DNA from: the human T2T-CHM13v2.0 reference genome, Homo sapiens
DNA length: 64,000 bases
Assembly: GCF_009914755.1 (NCBI RefSeq)
Contig: NC_060927.1
Direction: 5' to 3' (one strand)
In this document: one piece after another, positions 41,701 through 60,667 of the stretch
Layout: each line of letters begins with the position of its first letter
How positions within the stretch are numbered: position 1 is the stretch's first letter
The notes under the pieces: model-generated
Seen by the model: the letters and a program-made list of their open reading frames with translations, nothing else
Told to the model about the DNA's origin: nothing
The model's database searches: none
Made by a program: the position numbers and the translations under genes

Positions 41701-41867
41701 ATAAGCTTTTTGAGGGGGTGCATTTCCCCTTTATCCTCTCATCACATCTCTGTTCACTTACATAGAATCAGAAATACACCTTTAGTAAACAGTCATGAAA
41801 TATTTGGGCTAGGCACTGTGAGAAAATGGGCACAGCAGTGAACAAAATGCACGTCAGTGAACAAAAT

Positions 41868-42063
41868 GCCGGGCGCGGTGGCACGTGCCTGTAGTCCCAG
41901 CTACTTGGGAGGCTGAGGCTGGAGGATCGCTGGAGTCCAGGAGTTCTGGGCTGTAGTGCGCTATGCCGATCGGGTGTCCACACTAAGTTCGGCATCAATA
42001 TGGTGACCTCCCGGGAGCAGGGGACCACCAGGTTGTCTAAGGAGGGGTGAACTGGCCCAGGTC
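41868..42063 (+). pseudogene. 7SL (SRP RNA) pseudogene, nt ~1-196, 3'-truncated
   Basis: Alu-domain start followed by the 7SL-specific S domain TTCTGGGCTGTAGTGCGCTATGCCGATCGGGTGTCC...GGACCACCAGGTTG...GGCCCAGGTC. Confidence 0.95.
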
Positions 42064-43538
42064 ATCTACAGTCCGTTGGGGAAGATGGACATGAAAAAAA
42101 CACATGATTATAATCTGTTAATGATAATCAGGCAAAAAGCTACAAGAAGAGAACATCCTTATAAGACTCTTATCATTATGTGCAGAACAGAAAAAAAATC
42201 CAAGTAATTGTCAGCAATGTTTATGCTTAGATGTAAAGCCCTAATTGCTGATAGCATCTCTCTCACAGCTGAATTCCTCGAGAGCATATTTGGTTCTGGA
42301 GGCCTCCCTAAGAGACCTCTTTAGGGAGGTTCAGGCTTTCTCTGTCTATGGTTCCCAGTTCTACCACAAAACCAAACACAGAAATAAAGTAATTAGGGTG
42401 ACTCTGCTTGGGCTCTGGTATCAGAGAAGGATGCTGGTTCTCAGGGAAGGGTGACTTTGAAGAAATAGGCTTCTTGCTGAGATTCCTCCAAATGTGTCTG
42501 AGAATTTCAAGTTGACTTTCAAAGGCTAGAACCTTATAATAATTATGTGGATGGAACATTCAGGAAAAGGAAAACTGAGATGCGGCAAGAATAATGTAAA
42601 CGTGGAAGACCTTGAATGGAGACCAATTCGAAGGTCACGCTCAAGCAGTTAGTGATTTCTGAAAGTCTAAGGGGGAAGGGAACAGGTATGATTTTAGCCT
42701 GAACCATCCCTAAAAGCTATGAATGTGGAAGGTGTCTTTAAACAAGAAGGTAAATGAGACTGGATTGGGACAAACAGGGAAAGATAGCTGCTTTGAGTAA
42801 TGGAAGTTAAGAAGTAAGCTAGAAGGAAAAGAAAACTACTTAACTTCATGAAAAGCATTGGGTAGTAGTGTTGATGACACAGATGATGCGTGGAGCCTGC
42901 AGAAGGCCGTTTCAGTGTCTATAAAATGGATTGGGGACGGGGGACTAAAGGAGGAGGAAAAACTTTTGGTGTGATAGGTTTGATCTTGTTTTCAAGTAAA
43001 CTGAAAGCAAAAAGAAAGCAAGCCTTGGGGTCCACTGAGCTGAGACTACAGAGACTACTTACTACAGGCAGAATTTTAAAATATCATGTTGGGACTAACA
43101 GGGAAGCTTACAGCCTGTCGGACGCCTACAGCCTGGCCTGTCCTGCCCAGAGGAGGTGAATAACTGTCATTCCTAGGTAAAAGGGGAGAAGTCAGAAAAA
43201 TAAGGTGATATAACTGATGACCTCAAATTTTTCATAAGAAAAATGAAAGTCCCAGTTTTAATCTCAGCAGAAAACAGAGATCTAGAGAGAAGGATAATTG
43301 GAGTGGGGATGATTTTATTCCATCCCTGAAGAAATAAAAACAGCTCCTCTGCCTAACTCTTCCTAAGAGGTTGCAACAACCTCACTCTGCTAGAGGACAA
43401 GTATGGGACTGAAGCTTTCAGTCTGCCCTCTTAGTGAGATCTTACTATTGGAAACTTATGTCCTCAATTCCTACCTTCCAATTTCTATTTATAGAACATT
43501 AAGTTTGGCATAACTGGTCATTAAAACAGCCAACATTC

Positions 43539-43984
<446 letters not shown>

Positions 43985-44377
43985 TTAACAAAAAGAAAAG
44001 CATTTTCCAAAATACGGAAGACATATGCCTGATATATAAACCTGAGTAACAATGAAACACATTGTGCCTTAGGAAAGCCAATCAATAAAACCACGGCTGT
44101 GAAGCATTTTGGCTCTCTAAACTGGAACAGCTGGATTTATATAAGGACTATTGCTTCAGGTTCTAAGCTTGTAAACGTAAGAACCAAAGTCCTTTTTATA
44201 AATTCAATGATTGCACTTGGCAAAGCACTGTAGACCCAAAGATTCATTTTAAATTAAAACGTGCAGCATAAAGCATCAGGTTACTACTGGGAGCCTGTTG
44301 TTTCAAAAACGAAACTTAAAATGGAGAGAAAGCACAGGAATGTAGTGTGGTTATTTATTTTCTAAAAAACTTTCAGT

Positions 44378-45585
44378 AGCCCAGTGCATTGGCTCATGCC
44401 TATAATTCCAGCATTTGCGGAGGCCAAGGCAGGAGGACCACCAGAGGCCAGGAGTTTGAAACCAGCCTGGACAACATAGCAAGATCCTGTCTCTACAAAA
44501 AAAGAAAATTAGAGGTTAAAAAACATTCAAAAACTCAAAAAGTTGTCAAGAGTCTAAAAGTTCTCCAAAGCTGCCTCCAAAACCAATCTGTGCTGGCCTC
44601 ATGGATCAGGCAGAATCTCCAGCTCCCTCAGTGGTCAAACCATCTTTGTTCTTGGTCTCTGGGCCCAGCTGTCTTCTCCTATAAGGTAGTAGTTTCATCC
44701 CAGCTACTTTAAATTTTCTTCCCCAAAACATTTTAAAGAAAAATTTTAGGCTGGGCACAGTGGCTCACGCCTGTAATCCCAACACTTTGGGAGGCTGAGG
44801 CAAGCGGATCACAAGATCAGGAGATCAAGACCATCCTGGATAATATGGTGAAACCCTGTCTCTACTAAAAATACAAAAAAATTAGCCAGGCGTGGTGGCA
44901 GGTGCCTGTAATCCCAGCTTCTCGGGAGGCTGAGGCAGGGGAATTGCTTGAACCTAGGAGACGGAGGAGGCAGTGAGCCGAGATCGTACTACTGTGCCAC
45001 TGCACCCCAGCCTGGCAACAGAGGGAGACTCTGTCTCAAAAAAAAAAAAAGAAAAGAAAAGAAAAAGAAAAATTTTAGACAAAGGAACTACCTGCACTGA
45101 ACTGGAAAATCATATTTCCTCATTTAGGGTATAATGATAATGGTGATAAATGTTTCTAAGTTTGTCCAGAAATAAGACAAAAAAAGCAATAGGACTTGGT
45201 TTGGAACTCTGACATGCTAACGTACTCCTGTTTCACCTCCTGTACTAAGCTGTCAGTTGGGCTTTTTAAAAAATATATTTAAAGTGGGCCAGGCACAGTG
45301 GCTTAAAGCTGTAATCCCAGCACTTTGGGAGGCCGAGGGGGCCAGATCACTTGAGGTCAGGAGTTTGAGCCCAGCCTGGCCAACATGATGAAACCCTGTC
45401 CCTACTAAAAATATATAATTAGCTCGTGTGATGGTGCGTGCCTGTAATACCAGCTACTCAGGAGGCTGAGGCAGGAGAATCGCTTGAACCCAGGAGGTGG
45501 AGGTTGCAGAGAGCTGAGATCGCACCACTGCACTACAGCCTGGACAATAGAGCGAGACTCTGTCCCAAAAAAATAAAAAATAAAA
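44378..45585 (+). mobile_element. Alu cluster: FLAM-like (~44378-44507), AluS (~44749-45072), AluS (~45287-45585)
   Basis: Sense Alus; TSDs AAAGAAAAATTTTAG and ATATTTAAAGTG. Confidence 0.88.
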
Positions 45586-46259
45586 ATATTTAAAGTGAAT
45601 TTGCACATCGCTTCATGGCAGCATTTAAAAAAAAGGTGGGGGGGATATAACCTAATTAAACCATGAATTCCCAGAAACTTCCCAAACCAGTAAGTTCTAC
45701 ACAACTACAGTCAGGCTGAAGCCTTTTTCCAAACCACAGATCTGAATGTGATTAAGCAGTGTAAGAAAACACCACCAACCAGACCCACACAGCAGAAACT
45801 TAGTTAAAAGCTGGATGTTAGTATCTTCCCCAAAATCTGTAGCTTATTTGATCATGTGAAAAATTAAGTACTGATACTAGTTAACCAACCTACCTGACTT
45901 CTGAACTTATCTAGGAAGCAAATAAGCATCATCTCCTTAATTTCTCACAGGAGGAAACGGGCAAAGGAGCTGTTGACCCTGATCAACTAAATATATTCTA
46001 GTGGAGACTGCATTTCAGTCTCACATGCAGGAGAGGCGGAAATGAGGACGGTTATGGAAAATACATTTAAAACCTCATTTGTCCTTAACAACAGCCCTGT
46101 GAAGTATGCAGGACAGGTAATAACAACAATAAACAGGTAAGAATGAGAAGCAAAAAGACACAAAGAAGTTATGCCACTTTCCCAAAGTCACAGCCAGGTA
46201 ACAGGGGAACAACACACAAAATAGTGCCATGCCTTTTCCTCTTCTAAAGAATGACAGTG

Positions 46260-46875
<616 letters not shown>

Positions 46876-47042
46876 GGAATGACAGTAAAATGACTTTTAG
46901 ATATTGCCTACTCAGGGGAAATTTATTAAGAGAAAACCAACGTCTATTCAAACTTCCGGCTGGGTGCAGTGGCTCAAGCCTGTAATCCCAGCACCTTGGG
47001 AGGCCGAGGTGAGTGGATCACTTGAGGTCAGGAGTTTGAGAC

Positions 47043-47200
47043 TGAGAGGTGACAACGTGCTAGCAGCCCTCGCTCACTCTCGGCACCTCCTCGGCCTCTG
47101 CGTCCACTCTGGCTGCACTCGAGGAGCCCTTCAGCCTGCTGCTGTGCTATCAGGGCCCCTCTCTGGGGCTGGCCGAGGCCGGAGATGGCTCCCTCTGCTC
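47043..47200 (+). mobile_element. LTR12-family (ERV9) 5' fragment between two partial Alus
   Basis: TGAGAGGTGACAACGTGCTAGCAGCCCTCGCTC...GAGGAGCCCTTCAGCC...GGCTGGCCGAGGCCGGAG. Confidence 0.85.
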
Positions 47201-47928
47201 ACCAGGAATTCTGCCTCAGCCTCCCAGAATAACTGGGATTACAGGCGCCGGCCACCACACCCAGCTAATTTTTTGTATTTTTCATAGAGACAGGTTTTCA
47301 TCATGTTGGCCAGGCTGGTCTCAAACTCCTGGCCTCAGGTGATCCATCTGCCTCAGGCTCCCAAAGTGCTGGGATTACAGGCATGCGCCACCATGCCTGG
47401 GCAACCATGAACATTCTTATACGTGTCTTTTGGTGAACTTTTTTCCACAGTATATACTTACTATACTATAGAATTGCTAAGTTATGGAGTAGGTATGTCT
47501 ATATCATTAAAGGATAATGCTAACAGTTTTCCAAAGTGGTTGTACCTATGTACACTTTCATCAGCGTTGTGTGAGAGTTCCCATTGTTCCACATCTTTGC
47601 CAACATTTGGCATTTGTCAGTTCTTTCCAGTTTAGCCTCTCTGGATGAGAATGAAGTGGTATCTCATTGTATTTTGTTTTGCATTTCTATGATGATTAAT
47701 GATGTTGAGCCCCTTTTCATAGACTTCTTAGCCATTTGTGTGAAAGATTTGTTCAGGTCCTTTGCCCATTCTGAAAATCAGCTTATGAGTCATTTTCTTT
47801 TTTGATATATATAATCTTTGACAATCTGTGACTTGATGAAAAAAATTCTGCATTTTAATGAAGTCCAATCTAACAATTTTTTTCTTATATGGTTATGGTT
47901 GGATATTTCCTGTGGTGTCTTCTAAAAT

Positions 47929-50822
<2,894 letters not shown>

Positions 50823-51275
50823 TTCTAGGATCTTGAGTCTTTTACCTTTCACAATTAGGTCTAGAATCCATCTCAAATTAATTTTTATGTGTACTTTGAG
50901 GTAAGGGGTCTAGTTTTCCCCCTCCCCCTACAGATATCCATTGGCATCAGCACAATTTATTGAAAAGACAATCTTTTACTCACTGAAATGCAATTGGCAG
51001 CTTTGTCATCAATCAATTGACTATGTGTAGTCTATTTATGAAATTTCTTTTTCCTTCCATCAGTTTACCATCTATCATTGTGCCATTATCACACTGTTTT
51101 AATTACCAAGTTTTACACTAATTTTTTGGCAGTTTAAGTGTTCCAACTTTGTTCTTTAAGATGGTCTGGGCTATTCTAGGATCTTTACATTTATGTAATT
51201 ATTATATTAAATACTATATAAATTTTAGAATCAGTTTGTCAATTGCCAACTCTCCTCAAAAAATATCTGCAGTGA

Positions 51276-51569
<294 letters not shown>

Positions 51570-52773
51570 TAGCCAGGATGGCCTCGATCTCCTGACCTCG
51601 TGATCTGCCCGCCTCAGCCTCCCAAAGTGCTGAGATTACAGGCATGAGCCACTGCGTCCAGCCCTTTCTGCTTCTTTTGAGCTCCTTTAATTTATCCCAG
51701 CAACATTTTATAGTTTTTGGTGGGTAGCTTTATTGCTTAGTAATACACTGGCAGGGAATACCACTAAAATGTTGAATAATTATCATTCTTGTCTTGTTTC
51801 TAACTTCAGGGGGATATCATTAAGTGTGACAGCTGTGGGGTTTTGGTTTTGGTTTTTTTGTAGATGTGCCTTATCATATTGAGAATGTTTCTCTTTCAAT
51901 TTTGTTTAGCATTTTTGCCATAAATGGATGCTGAATTTTATTAACTGTTTGAGTTACTATATGCTTTGTTCCTTTATTCTACTAATACAATGAGTTGAAA
52001 AATTGATTTTAAAGTGCTAAAACAACTTAGCTTTCCTGAAATAAACACCATATGATGATGATGTACTATTCTTTTCCTATATCACTAGATTCAATTTGCT
52101 GACATTTTGTTTAGCATTTTCATACTTATGTTTATTCAGGATATGGGCCTATAATTTTCTTTTACTGTAATGTAAATTTTGATATTGAGGTCATGTTAAC
52201 TTCCTAAAGCAAGTTTAGAAGTGTTCCCTCTTTCTCTAGTTTATGAATTTGAGTAGATTGGTGTACTTCTTCCTTTGATAGTTAGAGGAATTTACCCCTG
52301 AAATCACTTGAGCTTGAAATTTTCATTGTAGGAAGATTTTTTTAAAAACCAACTTTACTGAGATATAATTCACCATAAAATTCGCCCATTTAAAGCATAG
52401 AGTTCAACAGCTTTTAGTCAATTCACAGAGTTGTGCAACATTACCATGATTAATTTTAAAACGTTTTCACCACCCCCAAAAGAAATTCCACACCCATTAA
52501 CAGTCATTCCTCATTTTCCTCCAAAGCCCCCAGGTATCTAGATACCTACTAATCTGCTTTCTGTCTCTATAGATTTGCCTATTCTAGACTTTCATAGAAA
52601 TGGAATCCTACAATATGTAGTAGGAAGATTTTAAATAATAGATTCCATTTCATCAGTAGGTATAAGACTATAAAGATTTTCTATTCTTCTTGTATCTATT
52701 TTGATAAGTTGCATTTTTCAATAATTTTGTCAATTTCCTCTAAGTTGTCAATATTATTGGCATAAAGTTGTAA

Positions 52774-53103
<330 letters not shown>

Positions 53104-53359
53104 TGACCTCTTTTTTCTTTTTTAGCCTTTTCTAAGTATTAACTTTTTGTCTGTTGATTTTCTCTGTCAGCTATCTGCTTTGTATTTTATTGATTTCTGC
53201 TCTATTATACTTTTCCTTTGACTTACATTGGACTTAAGTTACTATTTTTCCAGCTTCTGGAGATGGAAACTGAAATCACTGATTTTTTCAAATTCTCTTT
53301 TTTTACGTAGGCATTTAAAGCTATACATTTCCCTCAGATTAATGCTTTAGCTACATCAC

Positions 53360-53365
<6 letters not shown>

Positions 53366-53403
<38 letters not shown>

Positions 53404-53415
53404 ATCTCTCTCTCT
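53366..53415. repeat. (CT)n microsatellite
   Basis: Directly visible. Confidence 0.9.
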
Positions 53416-55064
53416 TCCCTCTTATCTCCCCCACACTCTACCCAAACATTAGAGAGACTTCTTTCAGGTGGTGGGCTACCTCACCCAGGGACTCTTCACA
53501 CTTCATAAGTTTGTGTAGTCCTGAATGAGGAATAAACGTTTGAATTACTTGTGGCCTCTGGTTCTTATGTAGCATGTTTGACATCCAACAGCTTTAAAGG
53601 GGTGGGAACAGCAGACCCAGCAGCAAAGTCAGGCCATAATAATCTGATTTTACTATAGCCATATTAGCTTTCTTTTTATTAGAATTTACATATCTTACAT
53701 ATCTTTTTCCATCCTTTTACTTTTAATCTGTTTCCTTATAATTAAGGTGGGTTTTTTGTGCATTTTGTAAACAACATATAGTTGATTCTAATTTTTGTAA
53801 TTCAGTCTACTTTTAAAATTTTAAATGGCTATTTCAATCTATAATATACTGATCTAGATGGTTGTAAGTCCATCATTTTTCTGTTATTTTTCTATTTGTT
53901 CTTTTAATTCATTTTTTCTGACTTATTTAAAAGTGTGTCCTTAAATATTTAATTATTTGATTAAATACATTGAATAATCCAGTATTTTGTTATTCCCTTT
54001 TACCTTCTCTATTTTATCTTATCTATTAGCATTTCAGTTTTGCCCTACTTTATTATTCTTTTGAAATTATAATACAGAACCTTGATTTATTACCATCTAC
54101 CTTTAATTATCATTTTCTACAACTTCTCAGCAATAAAATATCCACACCAGTTTTACTTCATTTATCCTCTCACTTTGTCTTATTATTGTAATATATTTTA
54201 CTTCTGCATTTGCATAAGCCTTACAAGACATTGTTATTGTTTTAAATCTCAATATTCTTTTATATTTGCCAATAATTTACCCTTTCAAGCCCTCTTCACT
54301 TCTTTCATCTGGGATCATTTTCCAGCAAACCAAATAACTTCCTTTAAAATTTCTTGTAGTGCTGGTCTACTGGTAAAACAAAATATTGCTCAATTTTTGT
54401 TTGTATGAATATGTGTTTCTCTTTTAGTTTTTAGGGAATTTTAATAATTTATAGAATTCCATGTCAGTAGGTTTTTTTTTTTTTTTTTTGTCCTTTACTT
54501 TTAAGATGCCATTCCACTGTCTCCTGGCTTCCATCATTTTTGTTATAAAGTCAGCAGTCCTATTGTTGCTTCTTTGTAGGCAATGTATCTTTATCACCCA
54601 GGTGCTTTCAAATTTTCTTTTTTTTTTTTTCTTTTTTGGACATGGAATCATACTCTGTCACCCAAGCTGGGCCAAGTAGCTGGGATTACAGGTGCCCACG
54701 ACCATGCCTGGCTAATTTCTGTATTTTTAGTAGAGACAGGGTTTCACCATGTTGGCCAGGCTGGTCTCGAACTCCTGACCTCAAGTGATCTGCCTGCCTT
54801 GACCTCCCAAAGTCCTTTATCTTTAGAGTTCAGATGTCTGCTTATGATGTATAGGTGTAACTTTCTTTACATTTATCCTACTTGTGGGTTCACCAAACAT
54901 CTAGAATCTATAGTTAATATATTTATCAGTTTTGAACATTTTCACCCATCAAATATTACTTCTGTCCAATTCTCTCTCCTCTCTGTTTGAAGCTCTAGTG
55001 ATACATAAGTTGGATATTTTGACAGTGCCCCACACATATCTTGCATTTTGATCACTCTTTTCTA

Positions 55065-55208
<144 letters not shown>

Positions 55209-55242
55209 TTACGAGGTCAGGAGATCGAGACCATCCTGGCTA

Positions 55243-55458
<216 letters not shown>

Positions 55459-56495
55459 CTAATTTCACTTTTCCAGCTCTAGATGTTCATTCTATTCTTT
55501 TTTTCCATTATTTGTCAGGTTTATTGAAGTATAACTTACATCCAAAATCCATCTGACAGAGTACAATTCTGTGACTTTTAACCACACAAGATATAAAACA
55601 TCTCCCCCCAAAATTTGTTCCTCTTTGTAGTCAACCCTTCCACCTTCCCCCAGCAACTACTGTTTTCTGTTCCATTTCGTTTTTTATAAATTATAATTCT
55701 CTATTTTTAACGTATTTTAAAATTTTTCCATTTTAACATATTTTTATAGTTATTTTAAAGCCCTTGTCTGTGCATCTTGATTGTCTGTGGGTCTACTTAT
55801 ACAATCCGCTTTTCTTTCTGCTTTTTGGCCACATTTCCTAGACATTGTATGTATTTTCTGGGGATTGTATATAAAAGAACGTTAGAAATTAAGGTGGATG
55901 GTATTTTCCACCAGAGAGGGTTCATGTTTCCTTTGTTAGGCAGAGAGTATTGAGCTGTATGAGAGCTGGGATGTAGCTTTAGTTAGATTCAGTTTGCCTC
56001 TGGTTTTAAATGTCTTGAGAATGACACCTGCTCCCTCTAGCAGGACGTTGTCTCCTAAGCTTCATGAAACTATGGGTGCTTTCACTCTGCCTTTTCAGCC
56101 CAGACTCATCCAACATCCCCAGGGGAAAAAAGACCAGAGATCTCAGCTTACCTAGAAATGGAATTTCTCTGGAATTTTGTTCAGATAGTTCTCTTATATT
56201 TGTAATTGCTGTTAATTCCAAAAACTACACTATAACTTTTAGGGAGATTAAATTTAAGCATAGTGTTTGCATCTTTATGATTTATATGTCTTTCATGGCA
56301 TATTAGGGCTTCTTGTATAATCAAAATGTATCTTCCATCTATAACATCTGAATGGGAGGTGGTATGCAATAGTAGGAAGTTAGCCCTTCACAGTCAGAAT
56401 ACCGACTTTTAATCTGAAGTCCCAAGAAGACGGGTCAAGGAAAATATTGTGAGCTTTAATTTCCTGGAGTATATGTGAGAATAAGTGGTGTCTAA

Positions 56496-56852
<357 letters not shown>

Positions 56853-57572
56853 TAGGATATATTTTAGACATTCATAGAACAAAGACTTCAGGCATAAATG
56901 AGATCAACATCTGAGCATCTGCTACCCAGTGCAATAGAATATAACAATACTTTTGAAGTACTCCTCCCTCCTTGATATCATCCCTTTATCCTTTTCTAAG
57001 AAGTAGCCATTATCCTGAATTTTGAGTTTATCATTTCCTTATCATTTTTACCACACCTGTAGGCTAGCCCAAACAATAAATTGTCTGATGTATGGGCATT
57101 TAAACTTTACATCACTTTATACTGTACAAGTTCCCGTGCAATTGTTTTGTCTCCAGGCTTCATGCTTGTGAGTTTTGCTAAGTGATGTGGGCAGCTATCG
57201 GGAAAGACCTAACTTGTCTCAAAGTTCTGTGCTTCAGTTTCCTCCACTATAAAATCAGCAGAGTTTAAAGTGGATCATCTTGAAATACTCTTCCAGATCT
57301 GAAATTCTAATTTTACTTTTTATGAGTATAGAGGTATACAGTTTGTTCTAACAAGATAGTTCTGGTCATAATTATGATTTGAGGTCTGCTGGTTGATCAG
57401 GAACACAATCCCTATAGCAAATATGTCATGGCATTATTTTCAGATGTTATAGCAAAATTTAAAGATTACTTGAATAGAATACTTCAGTGCAAGACAAGCC
57501 ACTTTAATGCAGGTTTGAAGTGGCACATGCAATGATCAGGGAAGACAGAATTTACAATGCAAAAATGCAAAG

Positions 57573-57578
57573 TTTATT
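57573..57578 (-). terminator. USF3: Candidate polyadenylation signal of the minus-strand gene
   Basis: TTTATT on + at the edge of the UTR-like tract. Confidence 0.65.
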
Positions 57579-59440
57579 TTCTTAAATAAAATACTATATT
57601 CATATCTATACAAATAATTATTACAACCATTAAAATGTTACATTTAACAATAAAAATTTCCAAACTTTAAACAAGAGGATGGTTCAGAATATTCACACCC
57701 TAATACAATGCATTTGTAAAAAGATGTCAAAATAAACAGGACCTATTCTTATTTACAACTGTAGGACAATCCTGATCATATTATACATATCTGCTCTGGA
57801 TTCCATTACAAAACAAATTAGTTTCCATAAGAATTATAAACCAGGAGATTTACAGTAATAGGACACAGTGTGCAGCAGACACTGCTGCCATGGTAATAGA
57901 TACAAATATTACACTATTGAAAGCACTAAAATTAGTTTTTTTTGGGTGACTGCCCTACAGTAAGCTTCTCACCCAGTGTATCTATAAATAATTTGTGAAG
58001 GTAATTATGTTCTCCTCAGATTTTTCAACTTTTTTTTACCAAAGTGAAAATATATATATATATGTATATATATTTATATAGCCTGCTGAAAGTGGAAGCG
58101 AATCTTTTCTTCACAGTAACACAACTGCAGCATCTTAACACTATCTGGTCCCTTTCTTCTTGGAAGATCAATAGTTCAACTCCCCTTAACTGTTACCACT
58201 ATAGTCAAGCCCAGTACCTCAGTGACTTCACAGATGAAAAATGATTTGAAGACTTCAGGGGTGGGAGCACAGAGAAGTCTTAGAAAAGTGAAGGGATTTA
58301 GATACATCTAACTTTAAGTTCCTATGACATAGTACGGTGTTAGTATGGTGTATAGCTGTATACACAACTGAGGGAAAGAAATTAAAGATCATCTTTTCTA
58401 AAAATGTGTTAAATTACAAATAAACAGTTATCTTCTGTCTTATGAAATCTCTAATGACAGGATTATGCAGTCATCCAAAATTCCCCAATTTGTATATTAT
58501 GTCCAATGTTTACAACCCAAGTTGGCTCACGTTTATGAAGCATCTGACCACATACGCGTGCCAGAAAAAGATTACAGTTGGTACAGTTTGTGTAAATCTA
58601 GAAATAAGGATGTTGAATGACCACCACATACAAGCTCTGAGTTTAACAGGAGTTTTGCTACTAGGTTTTTTTTTTGTTTTTTGTTTTTTTTTACAAATCA
58701 ACATCAAAGATGGCTCAGAGAATGGTAAGGCAACAGTGAGAAACATCAGCTGTACTTGTCGAGAAGGTGTCTGATTACACAGCGTGTACCATCCCAGCTG
58801 GCCCTTTGCTATAACAGAGGAGTGGGTGAGTGATATGTTCCAACAGCTGGTCTAAAGACCAGAGGCACAGTTTCAGGTAAAGTGCAGGAACAGGGTAGAG
58901 GCTACAGGTGGAAAGATCTAGAAGCTCTGTGTCCAACAAGGTCCTCACGCTTCTTATCAGCATGGACTGACTCAATCTAAATTTGGTGTCCCCCCTCCAC
59001 AGGTTCTAGTAGAAACCTACGCATGAAGAATAGAATGCAGACAGAATATAGTTAAATCCAAAAAAGGCCCTTTTCTTTCAAACCCTGGGGAAAGAAAAAT
59101 GGTAATGTTCAGCCAAAAAGGCATCTTGAGAAGAAACTAACTTCTGCCTTTAATTTGCATATAAGTATCATAAAATCATCACTCACAGATTAACTTCACT
59201 AGTTTGTCTGGTTGTTGGCTATTACTGTTGCCCTCTGGATGTACACAGCCACAGGCGCACTACCTCCAGGCAAAGGTAGCATTTATATAGACAACAAAAT
59301 TACAAAAATGGCTTCCAGGCTCCTAAAGATATCACTCCAAAGCTGTTTCATTTTGGTATCACCTTTGCCCTTTCATTCTTCACAGGAAAAAACAAGGCCA
59401 ACCAAACCAAGGGACAGAGCTATATGGCACACTGAAATAT

Positions 59441-59673
59441 TTTAAATCAATTCTGAACTAATTTTGTTTCAAGAAATTATTGTTGCTTTTTAAGAGAATA
59501 CAAGGCATACTGGTTCCCAAAGCCAAGACTTGGGAATCACTGATTTGGGAGTATGACTCACTACCACACACTGATCCATACATGGTGGGCCCAATAAATG
59601 TTTCAAGGCAAAGGAGTAATCATCTCGCTAAGGAAATGACTGGCTTCCCTGAGCCCTATTTGACATGGAGCAG
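59441..59673. repeat. 233-bp direct repeat, copy 1
   Basis: Ungapped match to 60435-60667, 12 mismatches by hand count. Confidence 0.95.
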
Positions 59674-60434
59674 ATGGAAGAGCATAAGTGCCTACCTATC
59701 AAAGGGAAGATAAAGCTAAGAAGATGCATATTCATAAGATTTTACCCTTTCTCAAAATTTTTTAATTTTACTCCCATTAAAATGTGCTTCCACATTTTTT
59801 GGAGTATAAGTTTTAGCCTCTCCATGAAATGGCTAATGTTAGAAGGCAAGAGCAAGGCAAATAAATTATCTTTAAAATACTTAAATCATTTTGTATTTTA
59901 AGAAGGCTAATTTTTAAAAGTTGATCTTTGTTGCAGTTCAGTATAACCCTGATATGTGACTGGAAAATGCTGCAAAAAAATAACCCCCTCCTTTCTCTTT
60001 CCCCAGTTCTGATATGTTAAATTTTACGAAGCAAGACCATTGAGGAATTCCTACACCTTACCTAGAAAAAAGGTGCCATCTCTGGTACCGCAAAAGGTCT
60101 TACAATAAAAACAAAAATAAATTTCCTGAACCGGTATAAAACAACATATAAGCCATCCCAGAGCAACTTGTGTTTTCCAAAAAAAAGAAAGAAAGAAACA
60201 ACATCAAACTAGATTCCTTTCATCTATGATTGACACATTAAATGTTTACGCATGAAGAGAATCTGGAATTTTACCCTTCATTAGAAGTTATTGTTAAATG
60301 TTGAAAGGAATCAACCACTTTTTATAACGGACTCTGTGATCAATAATGCTAAAAAAGAGACAGAGAAATGATTTAATCAATGACTGTCACTCATGACTCA
60401 GACATAACTTCGTGTATTTCCAGAAGTTAAAAAA

Positions 60435-60667
60435 TTTAAATCAATTCTGAACTAATTTTGTTTCAAGAAATTCTTGTTGCTCTTTAAGAGAATACGAGGC
60501 ATACTGGTTCCCAAAGCCAAGACTTGGGAATCACTGATTTGGGAGTATGACTTACCACCACATGCTGATCCATACATGGTGGGCCCAATAAATGTTTCAA
60601 GGCAAAGGAGTAATCATCCCGCTAAGGAAAAGACCAGCTTCCCTGAGCCCTATTTCACATGGAGCAG
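60435..60667. repeat. 233-bp direct repeat, copy 2
   Basis: See copy 1; offset 994 bp. Confidence 0.95.
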
